The position numbers and the translations under genes are program-made. DNA of 44,619 nucleotides from Chrysochromulina tobinii (lineage: Eukaryota). Below, in pieces: positions 20,564-30,819 of this stretch (positions within the stretch are counted from its first letter, which is position 1; every line of letters starts with the position of its first letter). The notes below the pieces were generated by a model. It saw only the letters and a list, made by a program, of their open reading frames with translations. It was not told where the DNA came from and ran no database searches. The stretch spans positions 1-44,619 of the forward strand of contig JWZX01002861.1 in NCBI GenBank assembly GCA_001275005.1, read 5' to 3'.

Positions 20564-21721
20564 TCATGAGTACGAACCCCGAAGCCTCTTGAGCGTCTGC
20601 TCGTACGTGAGGAAGTACACGACCGACCAGGCAACTTTGCGTGTGGCGACTGTGATCGAGAAGGCTCGCGCAAGCGCCAATCCGCGTGAGAGAGTGGGCG
20701 AGACTGTGCAAGCATTGTGCAGGCTGGAGTGCGTGTCAGCCAAAGGCACGTCCAGGCGCGCGCCTCCGCGTTGTGCATGCACGTACTCGGAACGAAGCCC
20801 TTGTACAGCGACGCGACGCCTTCGATCGCAGGCATGCGCATGAAGCAGTCTACGACGCCCGCATACTGCACAACACCCTCAGTGGGCACGCCGCCCGCCT
20901 GCGCCATAAGGCGGGTCTTTACCACATCTACTGGGGTCGAGAAGATGGCCGAGACAGTGCCTGCGATGCCGGAGGCACCGAAATGGCCGAGTGGGCCGTC
21001 GGGAACGCCCGCAGCGATGAGTCGCGTCTTAGCCTCGTCATAGCATCCTATCTCGCACGCGTTGCCGATGAAGCAGCGCGCGACATTCGGCTGGCAGCCG
21101 CTCCAGAAGCCCCGGAGACCTGCGCCGCTGTATACGTTGCTCAGTACCGTCGACACTTTGGGCGTCGACAGTCCTCTGTGTGCCTGCATCTGAGTCTTGA
21201 TCTGCCGAGACGTAAAGGTGACACGAGCGCAGGGGTCAGGATGCCACACTTCACTCCTCAATCAAGGAGGAAGCGCGGTGAGGAGACGCCGTTGGCATGC
21301 CAATGGTGCGCACCACTTCCGTCGGGTTCATCATGATGATGCTCAGGGCACCCGCCGTGCCACCAGCGAGCACTCTCTTGATGAATGGAATCTCCTCCCT
21401 GGGCACATCACCAGCGATCGCGTTGCGCACAGGCTCATACAAGACGAAGGACATGCCGGTGTACGTAACCTGCCGCAGCAGCGCGGGCTGAAAGCCGCGC
21501 CATAAGGCCGCGGCACCGTCATCCCGACCTATTCGGTGCATGGCCTGAAACAGCCCTGTGTACCGTATCGGCTGCGAGGCGCCCGAGCATTGAAGCTGCA
21601 GTCGGACTTTTGCAGCATCAATCGGGAGAGTGAGCATCTCAGCGACCCCGGCACCGATGCCTGCGGCAATAAATCGCTGCATCGCACTCGTGCTGACTTT
21701 ATCGGCCTCGCCGGACGCCAT
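20564..21721 (-). CDS. Mitochondrial carrier (SLC25), UCP/dicarboxylate-carrier-like; exons 21721-21314, 21201-20787, 20649-20564
   Basis: Three Px[DE]xx[KR] signatures (PIDAAK, PTEV|IK, PVDVVK). GT-AG introns 21313-21202 and 20786-20650 restore the frame. Confidence 0.92.
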
Positions 21722-22006
21722 CTCGTCCGTTCACACGATCAAACGCTCCGGACGCCATTTCGTCCGTTCACACGGACATGTGTGTGTGTGAATGTGAATG
21801 TGTGTCTGTGTGACTTCTAACACGGACAGGCGCCGACTGGGTTTTGCGCTCGATGAATCTTGGAAATATGAAAAGTGTCGAATTATAACCAATGAGCAAT
21901 GTCCCTATCGTATGAAATAAGCTGTGCGCCTGTGATGCTGTGAAAATAAAGGCTCCGAGTGTCTAGATTACCAACATCCAACAACTCTCTAGGTATGCCA
22001 ACATTC

Positions 22007-23341
22007 TCACCGCGTAGCCATCGGCAGCAGCAGCCCCCCGACGGACCTGCTCCAGATTTCACCACGTTGCCCGAGCTGCCGGGACTCGTGGTACAATAGA
22101 GCGCGCATACGCGACGCGGACTGTGCTGATGGCGGGATCCGCGGCCCGCCTGGATTTCCGAACGGATTCCGGGGTGTGCCTATGGAGGGGGAAATCGACG
22201 CCCCTGTTGGTGCAAAGTGAGGCGTCGACGCCGCACGCGACAGCTGCGCTGCCATAGTTGCGCGCGAGAGCACACGGCCGAGCAAGGCCCCCCCGAGAGT
22301 AATCTCACCAAACTGGTCGAGCTTGCGACGTGCCAAGACCTCAGCACGGGCCAGCTCGTCCGGTTCGCGCATCTCCAATGCCTTGGCAGAGCTGGAGGCC
22401 AGCGTCCACGCCTGCATCCTGTGCATCTCGGCCATCCTGGCGCCCATCTCGGCTTCCATGGCTGCCAGTGTAGAGTCGTGCATCTGCTCGTCTTCCTCGA
22501 TCTTCCTCTGCAAATCTTGCACTTGCACCATTGCCGCCTCGTGAAGCTCTTGCAGCTCCTCAAGCATTTGCGAGTAGCGATTGGCTCGCAGCGTCTGCTC
22601 GCGCACCTTGACCGTCAACGCGGCTTTTTCCTCGGACAGTTTGTAGTTCTGAGCCTGATTTGCTTCCTCAGTCGCCTGGGCTGATGCTAACGCTCGACGC
22701 ACGCTCGAGTCCATTTCGTTGAGCCGCTCGATGGCAGTGTTGCATTCGCGGCTGAACTCATCGCGCTGCGACTTCATCTTGGCCTCGATCTCCCTGACCG
22801 TCAGCGCGTGGCCTTCCGCTCCCAGCAGCATACGAGCGTGCGTTGCATGCTCACGCTCCAGCGATTCTCGCCATCGGGCGAGGAGGCGCTTGCCCTCTTG
22901 ATTGTGGAACTCGTCTGCGTAGCGCAGGTCCTCTCGGAGTGCGGCCAGCTCCGCCTCGTGGACCATCTGAAGTGTGTCGTAAGTGTTCGCGCCCTCGTCA
23001 ACGACGTCCAGTTTCTCACGGGTTAGCCCGCTGCAGTGGTTCCAAAACTCCACCTCCAAGGCATCGGTGGTGCTCATCAGCGTCTCCATCACCTTGTTTG
23101 TTGCGGCGACAAGGCCACGAGCAGTAGCCCGATCGTCCGAATTTTTGAACAGCTTCTCGAGGAGGGCACGCTGCTCGAAGAGCGTCCGATGCCCCTCTGT
23201 CCGTGCGAGCCGGGAGGCTTCGAGCGCGCGGTCGAAGTACGCCTGCACGCGTCGCGTTCGCGGAGCTTGCCGGTCCTCAGATGGAGTCATGACCTTGAAG
23301 TCGGCGTTGGCACTAGCCTCTCGCTTACCAACGCGCTGCAT
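22007..23341 (-). CDS. Hypothetical coiled-coil protein
   Basis: 444-aa E/A/R/Q-rich ORF. Both ends coincide with splice-like sites, so the termini are uncertain. Confidence 0.65.
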   Translation of the reverse strand: MQRVGKREASANADFKVMTPSEDRQAPRTRRVQAYFDRALEASRLARTEGHRTLFEQRALLEKLFKNSDDRATARGLVAATNKVMETLMSTTDALEVEFWNHCSGLTREKLDVVDEGANTYDTLQMVHEAELAALREDLRYADEFHNQEGKRLLARWRESLEREHATHARMLLGAEGHALTVREIEAKMKSQRDEFSRECNTAIERLNEMDSSVRRALASAQATEEANQAQNYKLSEEKAALTVKVREQTLRANRYSQMLEELQELHEAAMVQVQDLQRKIEEDEQMHDSTLAAMEAEMGARMAEMHRMQAWTLASSSAKALEMREPDELARAEVLARRKLDQFGEITLGGALLGRVLSRATMAAQLSRAASTPHFAPTGASISPSIGTPRNPFGNPGGPRIPPSAQSASRMRALLYHESRQLGQRGEIWSRSVGGLLLPMATR

Positions 23342-23441
23342 CTGCGGAAGTGCCTCGTCCCTTTAGCGTAGGGGTCCGGCCATCATCTTCGTTGTTCTGA
23401 CGGTTTCAGTTGACAAGATTCAATTCTCAAGTCACGCAAAG

Positions 23442-23487
23442 GGGGAGGAATAGGGCTTATCTTGGGGAGGAATAGGCTTATCTTGGG
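23442..23487. repeat. Tandem duplication of 22/21 nt (ggggaggaatag(g)gcttatctt)
   Basis: Read directly from the sequence. Confidence 0.9.
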
Positions 23488-23983
23488 TACGGCCCCCGAC
23501 AACCGAGCCGCACTCCTGCACAGCCGGACCGCGGACGATCTCGTGCTGGCCGGGTCCCGCTCCCGGACGCGGCACCCGGTGCGTGCTGCGTCGCACCGCC
23601 GTTGTGGGGTGTGGCCCCGGCGGCCCCCCGGCGCGTTCGGGTGCAGACCAGCCCTTCCGGCGTGGTCCCACCGCCCCGGTTCCGGGACCAAGTCCGGCGA
23701 CCGGCCCCCCACCGCGCACCGGGACCGGCGCGGCGAGGGATCGGTTATCCGTTATGAACTTTGCTAGTCGTTTATTTGGCGGACAATACCGGAGAGTCTC
23801 AGCGAATCCAATGGGAACTACCCGGATATAAACAGACTTCTGTCTTCTCGAACGACCCGGAGGAAGATAGGGCAAGATCAGCTGCGACAGATTTTCTGAG
23901 ATTCACCGTGCGCCGGGCCCGGGGTCGAGGAGCGAGATCGAGAGAGGAACAGCTCGATTGCACGTGCGCGGCCGATTCAGCTA

Positions 23984-26482
23984 TCACCGCGCTTGACGCC
24001 CCCCCACACCAGCAATCGGCTGCAAGCTCACGTTGCTCGTCGAGCGCACTTGGCCGAGGGGGCGCGAGCTGCCACTACTGCCCAGGGGGCCGAGGGTCGG
24101 CATCGAGCCGTGCGACGCCGAGCCGCCGAGGCCGCTCGGCGCGGGCGGCAGCCCGCGTGGCTGCGCGAGCGGCGCAGGCGGCGGGCCTTTGGCCGGCGCG
24201 AGGTTCGCCGAGGCGAGGGCGAGGTGCTTGAGGTGTTGGATCTGTCGACGCTCTTGCTCGAGCTGCTCAAGGCGGCGCGTGATGTCCTCAATCTCCCGGC
24301 GCGGCTCGTGCAGCTGATCGTCGGAGCTCCCGTACTGGTCCGCGCCGGCACGGCCGTAAAAGGCAGCGGCGCTCTCCTCGCCGTAGCTGGGCGCGGCCTC
24401 GGTCAGCCCGGGCAGCTTTGGCAGCGTCTCTGCCGCAAAGGCCCGCGACGACGCCTTATCCTGACTGATCCGCGTCACGTGATCGAAGATCTCGCGTCCA
24501 CCCCCAGAACGGAAGATGTTCGGCTCCGAACGGTTCGTACGCAAATCGGACGGTGCGGACCGATTCCGTCCCACGGGCTTCGCTGGGTCAACCCGGCTAG
24601 CCTGGCCCTGCAGCTGCGAGTTCGAGTTTGACGGCGTCAAGCCGCCGCGCGCATTGAAGCTCAGGGGTGGCGGCGGCGTGCCACTCGCGTGCCCGCGACG
24701 GCGCTGGAGCCACTCATCGATCGTGGCGTCGCGCTGCGCCCTGTCGAGCAGCTTGGCCGACGTGCGCGCGCGCGTGTCGTTCATTTTGTCCACCTTTGCG
24801 GGGTCGATGCCACGCGCAGCCTCGCGCTCCTCCTCGGCAATGCGATCCATTTGAGCCTGCACGCCCGAAAGGACCTGATCCATGAGCTCGGAGCGGAGGG
24901 AGGCGCGCCCGTACTTCATCTTCTCCATGCCCGTCGAGGGCGCGAGGTCCTTGTCGTGGTGCGACGTGAGCGACAGCGGCGCCTCGATCGTCGGCGCTTG
25001 GACGCCCACGCGCCCGCGCCGCGCTCTGCTCCCGCTCCCGTGAGCCGCCGCTTCGGGAACGCTTGCGGGCGCGCTCACAGGCTCACTCGCGGGCGCGCCT
25101 GCGGCGAGTGCCGCGCTCGCCGGCCGGCTCCCGGTGGCGGGCATCGGCGAGAGCGGCGCCTCTGAGCCGTCGGCTGTCTGTGCTTCGGTCTCGTCCTCGT
25201 CATAATCGACAGGCGGCAAGGCGGCCGCGGCGGCGATCGTCTTGCCGACGAGTCGCACGACGAGGGCTTCGACGAGGGCCAGATGCTCGAGCAGGCTGGC
25301 CGGCGTGATGAGCACCTCGGTCCCGCCCTCATGCTTCTCGAGCTGCGCCGCCAGCAGCGGTATACTGAGGAACGCCTCCGTCAGCTGAGCGCACATCTGC
25401 GTCAGCAAGGCACCCTTTTCAGCCGTCTGGCGCTCGAGATCTGCCGAGCTGTTGGACGTGCCCATCGTGATGGCATTGCGTGAGATCGCGAGCATGCGCC
25501 ATTTGTGCAGGCCCTCCTCCGCGACCTCCGTCTCCTTTTTGATCCGCGCCACCTCCGCGTTCAGAGTGTCCACTTCGTCCTCGAGCTCTCCCTGCTTTCC
25601 CCACAGAGAGAGTACCTTCGAGCCCGTCGCGCGATACGCATCCACGAGCTCGCCGAGTGACGAAACCTTGAGCGTGTCGTAGACGCGGTCGAGCGAGTGC
25701 TGGATCTCGAGCCGGTGGTTGCGCACGTTCGTAAACCGCTCGAGCTCGCCCGCGCGCTCCTCCTCCGCCTGGCGTGCGAGCACGAGCGCCGCCTGCACCT
25801 CGGCCTTGGCCTCGTCGACGCGCGCGTCGCGCTGCCGGCACTCGTCGTCGAGCTCCTCCATCTGAAGATCGCAATCATCCATCTGGATGGCCAGCTGGCG
25901 GACCTCCTCCTGCGCGCGCCGCTTCAGCTCGCCCAGCTTGAGCACGATCGTCTCCTTCTCGGCGTATGCGCGCTGCGCGGAGGCGATCAGCATGCTGATC
26001 TCCGCCTGCGCATTCGAGACCAGCTCGCCGCCCTCCTTAACGGCGGAGTGGTGGTAGAGGCGCGCGCGCCGGCGGTGATCTATGTCCGTCTTGAGCTCGC
26101 GATTTGCCGCGAGCTTCTCGCCGAGCAGCTTCTGCCTTTTGTTGATCTGATCGCGCAGGATCTCCTTGCGGCGCATCGCGCGCCGCATCACGGCCTGCGC
26201 CGTCTCCTGTCCGACCAGCTCGACCGGCGGCGGCCCCTTGAGCGTGTTGACGTTAACGCGGTTGGCGCGCTCGCCCGTCGTCTTGCACTTCTTCCGCAGA
26301 TCGCGATCCTGCTCCTCAAGCTGTGAGCGCAGCTGGCTCATCTCATGCTCGCGCTGCACGACCTGAGCGCGGAAGAGGTCGAGCCGCTTGGCGAGCTCGA
26401 CGACCCGCTGCGCGTCCCCACTCTGCTGGCGCTTCTGCTCAGGCCGTAGGCTCGACGAGCTGGACGCGGCGGCCGCTTTCAT
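23984..26482 (-). CDS. Coiled-coil protein resembling outer dynein arm docking complex subunits (ODA1/ODA5/CCDC63/114-like) with a long disordered tail
   Basis: LAANRELKTDIDHRRRAR...LIASAQRAYAEKE recalls the ODA-DC2 core; likely ATG at 26482. Confidence 0.6.
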   Translation of the reverse strand: MKAAAASSSSSLRPEQKRQQSGDAQRVVELAKRLDLFRAQVVQREHEMSQLRSQLEEQDRDLRKKCKTTGERANRVNVNTLKGPPPVELVGQETAQAVMRRAMRRKEILRDQINKRQKLLGEKLAANRELKTDIDHRRRARLYHHSAVKEGGELVSNAQAEISMLIASAQRAYAEKETIVLKLGELKRRAQEEVRQLAIQMDDCDLQMEELDDECRQRDARVDEAKAEVQAALVLARQAEEERAGELERFTNVRNHRLEIQHSLDRVYDTLKVSSLGELVDAYRATGSKVLSLWGKQGELEDEVDTLNAEVARIKKETEVAEEGLHKWRMLAISRNAITMGTSNSSADLERQTAEKGALLTQMCAQLTEAFLSIPLLAAQLEKHEGGTEVLITPASLLEHLALVEALVVRLVGKTIAAAAALPPVDYDEDETEAQTADGSEAPLSPMPATGSRPASAALAAGAPASEPVSAPASVPEAAAHGSGSRARRGRVGVQAPTIEAPLSLTSHHDKDLAPSTGMEKMKYGRASLRSELMDQVLSGVQAQMDRIAEEEREAARGIDPAKVDKMNDTRARTSAKLLDRAQRDATIDEWLQRRRGHASGTPPPPLSFNARGGLTPSNSNSQLQGQASRVDPAKPVGRNRSAPSDLRTNRSEPNIFRSGGGREIFDHVTRISQDKASSRAFAAETLPKLPGLTEAAPSYGEESAAAFYGRAGADQYGSSDDQLHEPRREIEDITRRLEQLEQERRQIQHLKHLALASANLAPAKGPPPAPLAQPRGLPPAPSGLGGSASHGSMPTLGPLGSSGSSRPLGQVRSTSNVSLQPIAGVGGRQAR

Positions 26483-26730
26483 GGCGAGCAAAAGAACTCT
26501 TTCTGAACCGCTCGTGATGAGGTTCCCAATCCGCTTTTTCAACTTCACCCCACATTGCAGCTTCCGGCCTGAAACATATACTTGTAATATAAGTCTCGCG
26601 CGTCTCCAATCGCAGAGGCACGTGATGTCTTATCCGCGCAGGAAACTTTCTGTGAATGTGAACCGCGCGTCCACATGCCAGACTCACATTAGAGGCGGCT
26701 TGCGAACCTTGTGCCGCTCCCGTGCCAACC

Positions 26731-28455
26731 ATGAGCAACCGCGGGCTGAAGAAGTACAACTTTTTCAAGCACATCCAAGAAGACCTGGTAGAAAGCACGA
26801 CGGCGGGCACCATCATCTCACTGATCGGCACCGTCGTCATGATCACACTCTTCATCTTCGAGCTGAACGCCTACTTCCAACTCAGCTCGAAGACGACGCT
26901 CGTGGTCGACGAGCTCCTGGACGACGTGCTGCGCGCCAACTTCAACGTCACGCTTCACCAGGTGCCGTGCGAATACCTGAGCGTCGACGTCTCCGACATG
27001 ACCGGCTCGCAGCGACACAACGTCTCCAAGGACATCCTCAAGTGGCGCCTCGACTCCCAGCAGCGCGTGCTCGAGTCGACGGCCGCCGTCGCCGCGAAGA
27101 CGGTCTCCGAGGGCCCGCAGCAGCATGAGACCCACGGCGGCGCCTTCGACGTCTTCGACCCAGACGAGTACGAGCCGCCGGACACCAACCTGAGCCAAGC
27201 GCTCACCTCCGAGACATTCAACGGCTTCCTCAAGGCGCACGAGCTGACGGTGGTCAACTTCTTCGCGCCCTGGTGCATCTGGTGCCGCCGCTTCGAGCCC
27301 GTCTACCTCGAGGCGGCCTCCCAAGTCCCCAAGCTCCAATTCCATGGGCATGCCCGGCTCGCGCAGGTGGATTGCGTCGCCAATCAAGCCTTCTGCGCAC
27401 AGAACCTCATCCGCGCCTACCCGACGGTGCGCATGTACAAGGATGGCGATCCGGTCAACTTTGAACTCTTCACGGGCATGCGCACCGTGCCGGCCGTCAT
27501 CGGCTTCATTCAGCAGCAGATGGACCAGTACAAGGTCTCCCACCGCGTGAAGCACAAGGAAGGCCAGGCGCGCTTCGTGGTGAAGCACGGCGCACTCTCG
27601 GCCGGCTCCGATCTGTACCGCGCGCGCATGGATGCCGAAGAGGCGCAGGTCTACTGCGGCACGAATGTCGCGTGTGCCGGCTTCACTTGGCAATCGAAGC
27701 CGCCGCATCCGGTCAAGGAGGGTCAGCTCGTGGCTGGACCGGAGGAAGCGCCATTGGTCTACTTCAAGGGCAATATTGACGTGCAGCAGGCGCATTCGAG
27801 CTTGAACACGGATGATGCGTGGACGGCGTACATCAAGCTGACGAACGCGACGCACGCGGCCTCCGCTTCGGGCAGCCTCGCGCACGGCCCTGAGGGCTGC
27901 CGCATCGCTGGTCATCTGAACGTGCGCAAGGTACCCGGGTCCCTCAAGCTGCGGCTTCATTCCACCGAGCATGACCATGTGGTGCATATGATCAATACGA
28001 GCCACACCGTGGACGCGCTCTGGTTTGGCGAGCCGATCTCGCACTCGCAGAGGACGCTGCTGCCCTTGGAAGATCAGCTCGAGCTGCTCTCGCCAACGTC
28101 ACATCGGCTCGACGGGCTGCCTTTCATCTCGGCTGAGGCGGGCCACTCGCACGTCCACTACCTCAAGGTGGTGACCAAGGTGATCAAGCACCCGCGGCAC
28201 GGCTCGCTCGACACGCTCGCGTACAAGTACACGGTGCACTCGAACCGGTACGAGGAACCCAATGACGGCGAGCCCGAGATTGCGTTCAAGTACGATCTCT
28301 CGCCGATCTCGATCGTCGTCGAGCAGGAGCGCGTGCCGGCGTACAAGTTCATCACCTCGAGCTGCGCGATCATCGGCGGCGTCTTCACGGTCATCGGCCT
28401 GCTCGAGAATGTCATCCACCACACCGCGAGCGCCATCACCAAGAAGACGATTTGA
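26731..28455 (+). CDS. PDI-C type protein: ERGIC_N + thioredoxin + COPII-vesicle ERV domain (Erv41/46-like)
   Basis: N-terminal TM; FNVTLHQVPCEYLSVDVSD; NFFAPWCIWC; EGCRIAGHLNVRKVPG; FKYDLSPI; CAIIGGVFTV; C-terminal KKTI. Confidence 0.93.
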   Translation: MSNRGLKKYNFFKHIQEDLVESTTAGTIISLIGTVVMITLFIFELNAYFQLSSKTTLVVDELLDDVLRANFNVTLHQVPCEYLSVDVSDMTGSQRHNVSKDILKWRLDSQQRVLESTAAVAAKTVSEGPQQHETHGGAFDVFDPDEYEPPDTNLSQALTSETFNGFLKAHELTVVNFFAPWCIWCRRFEPVYLEAASQVPKLQFHGHARLAQVDCVANQAFCAQNLIRAYPTVRMYKDGDPVNFELFTGMRTVPAVIGFIQQQMDQYKVSHRVKHKEGQARFVVKHGALSAGSDLYRARMDAEEAQVYCGTNVACAGFTWQSKPPHPVKEGQLVAGPEEAPLVYFKGNIDVQQAHSSLNTDDAWTAYIKLTNATHAASASGSLAHGPEGCRIAGHLNVRKVPGSLKLRLHSTEHDHVVHMINTSHTVDALWFGEPISHSQRTLLPLEDQLELLSPTSHRLDGLPFISAEAGHSHVHYLKVVTKVIKHPRHGSLDTLAYKYTVHSNRYEEPNDGEPEIAFKYDLSPISIVVEQERVPAYKFITSSCAIIGGVFTVIGLLENVIHHTASAITKKTI

Positions 28456-29263
28456 TCAGGCCCGCGCCGATTTTGGCTGTCGACGAAGCCGTAGCAAGGA
28501 AGAGCATCATACAACGCGGATAGTCGACACTGATCACGGCGACTCGAGAGCAAACAGTCAGCAGTACATGGCGAGGTGCGCGTGCCCGCGCGGGTGATAC
28601 GTGCGCCGCGTGCCGAGGAGTGAGCATTGTGCATGATACAGTTGACTGTTGTACGGAGTCATGACGGAGCGTCAGCGCCGGAATGCCGGTACGTGGCTGT
28701 AGGGGTGTAGGGACCCGACCCACGCGACGGCGGTCAACCCCGACTGATGCGGGGATGCGCGCGCAGGCCGAAGGATCCCCGCGTGCCGTCGCGCCGCGCT
28801 CGCGAGTTGGCGTATTTACAACGTGTTGCGTACCGCGATTCTAGTCACCCGGAAGCAATTCCAAGATCCAACGTGGCACCGTAAGTCCCATGCCCGAGGT
28901 GCGAGGAGTCCATCCTCCATGCCGAAGTCAGAGACCACGTTTCCGATACAGATTCTGCGTCCCCCCGATGAACAATCCGGACCTGTGCGTCACGCGCGGC
29001 GGCATTCGGCGCACGGCGGGTAAAATGTGAAAAGCGTCTTTCTCTTAGATACGTTACGTCTTACCTTAGTCTTGCCGCGACCCCGTACCGTACGCGTGTG
29101 CGCGCCGGCGCGGCGTGGTGGGCGTGGTGGTTATTTTGCCGCGCCGCGCCTGCGCCGCGCCGTGTGGGCCGCGTTGCCCTGCGTTCCTCTGCCGTCATCT
29201 CGTCATCCCTGCGGTACACCCCCCAAGCTACCGCACGCCCACGGCGTGTCGTGTTATATATAA

Positions 29264-30586
29264 CTAAACAAGTAAACGAGCTTCTAAAAGTTCGGTGCTC
29301 AGAGCTGCGTGGCGCTCGCCGCGATACCATGCGAGCATTCCAAAGGAGCACACGATGCAGGAGACGACCATGTACATATTGCCGGTCTCTCGATACGGTC
29401 CCATGAAGCTCGACGTCGCCATGGCAGCGACCAAAGAGGCTGAAGCGCCTTCCGCGACAGACATGAAAATGGCCGAGCCATACTTAACGAGCACGTAGTA
29501 GGCAAGGTCATTGAAGAGTGAGGCGACCGAGACTACGATGAGGATGAACCCCGGCCACCAGGAGGGCATCGCAATTTTCTCATCCCCAGTGCCCGCTGAG
29601 AGGCAGTCAGGGTCGCGCCCCAGGAAGCACTCCAATCCTTCAGCTAAGCTGAACGGGCTGGGCTCTTCACCAAGCGTTCGGAGGAGGGTGCCCTGCAGCG
29701 GGGCCAGCGTGAGGAGCATCCCGACCTGCAGCCAGCCCGAGGTCATCTCGAGCCCAAACAAGCCATGGCCAGCCCGAAGCATCCGCTCCACCACGATGTA
29801 CTGGTACGCGTAGGGCAGATTCGCAGCGGCGAAGAGGAAATAGCAGACGCCCAGCATGAGCGGCGACACGGAGACGGTGGGAGCGGACGAATCATCGTCG
29901 TTGCTGAGGCTCGGAATCAGAGCGACGCCGGCGCCCAAGACAACGACCACACATCCCAGCTTCTGCCACCAGTGAAAGTGCTGCTTGAGGAATAAGCGCG
30001 CCAGAATGTACGTACAAGGGATGAGAAGCAGATTCAGCACAGCTTGGATCGAACCCAGCACTTGCACACCGGTCACGGCCCACACCAAGTCAGGGACAGA
30101 GCTGCACAGCGCCGCAAGTGCGTTCAGCCGTAAGTACTCCAGCGTACTTACAGCTGATCGCTCTTTGAGAGCTTGAGCATTCACGCTGGGCGCGGAGATG
30201 AGGGTTAGGGCGGCAAGAGCGGCGGGCTCGAGGGCGGCGCAGGTGACAGTTGGGGCGATGGAGGTTGCGGAAACGGCGGGGGAGAGGAGGGCGGCATTGG
30301 TGGTTGGGGGGACGGAGGAGTCGGGCGTCGGCACCAAGCTCCGCATGCACTTGCCAGCCAAAAGGCTGCACAAGACCACGCATGAGCAGCAGGAGTACTC
30401 AACAACACAAACGGCCCATATCAAAAAGGTAGCGTGCTTGTTGCCGTACACGCTCGAAGCGACCTTCAAGAGGAGCGTGTATAGGGCAGTTGTGACTGCG
30501 TTGAAGATGACGAGCAGAACCATCCTAGAAGGTGTGAGTCCGAATGAGACATGCTCAGTTTCGAGTAGGTCGGGCCCGGCATGCAT
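29264..30586 (-). CDS. CRT-like (DMT superfamily) transporter
   Basis: About 10 hydrophobic helices; motifs LLIPCTYILARLFLKQHFHWWQKLGC, CFLG..DC and YYVLVKYGSA. Confidence 0.75.
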   Translation of the reverse strand: MHAGPDLLETEHVSFGLTPSRMVLLVIFNAVTTALYTLLLKVASSVYGNKHATFLIWAVCVVEYSCCSCVVLCSLLAGKCMRSLVPTPDSSVPPTTNAALLSPAVSATSIAPTVTCAALEPAALAALTLISAPSVNAQALKERSAVSTLEYLRLNALAALCSSVPDLVWAVTGVQVLGSIQAVLNLLLIPCTYILARLFLKQHFHWWQKLGCVVVVLGAGVALIPSLSNDDDSSAPTVSVSPLMLGVCYFLFAAANLPYAYQYIVVERMLRAGHGLFGLEMTSGWLQVGMLLTLAPLQGTLLRTLGEEPSPFSLAEGLECFLGRDPDCLSAGTGDEKIAMPSWWPGFILIVVSVASLFNDLAYYVLVKYGSAIFMSVAEGASASLVAAMATSSFMGPYRETGNMYMVVSCIVCSFGMLAWYRGERHAALSTELLEARLLV

Positions 30587-30819
30587 GCCGCTTCGGAACC
30601 TACAAGTCGCGGCGACTCCTACCGGTGGGACCGAAGATTCAGTGCCTCACACATCGCCGAACACTGTGGCTGAGTCCACGCACAATCAAAACTTATCGAA
30701 AAGGGGAAAGGCGGTCTCTCCACCAAAGGGGGATACGCGGTCCTTACCCCCTTTGTTGTTCATTCAAGTCCGCATACACATTCACACCAGTTTTCCCCGC
30801 TTGCTATTCGAACTTATCC

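Noticed and set aside
23383..23875. Short Pro/Gly/Arg-rich ORFs in intergenic islands (also 32157-32839 and 35784-36305)
   Set aside because: No codon bias or recognisable domain; they reflect GC-rich non-coding DNA.
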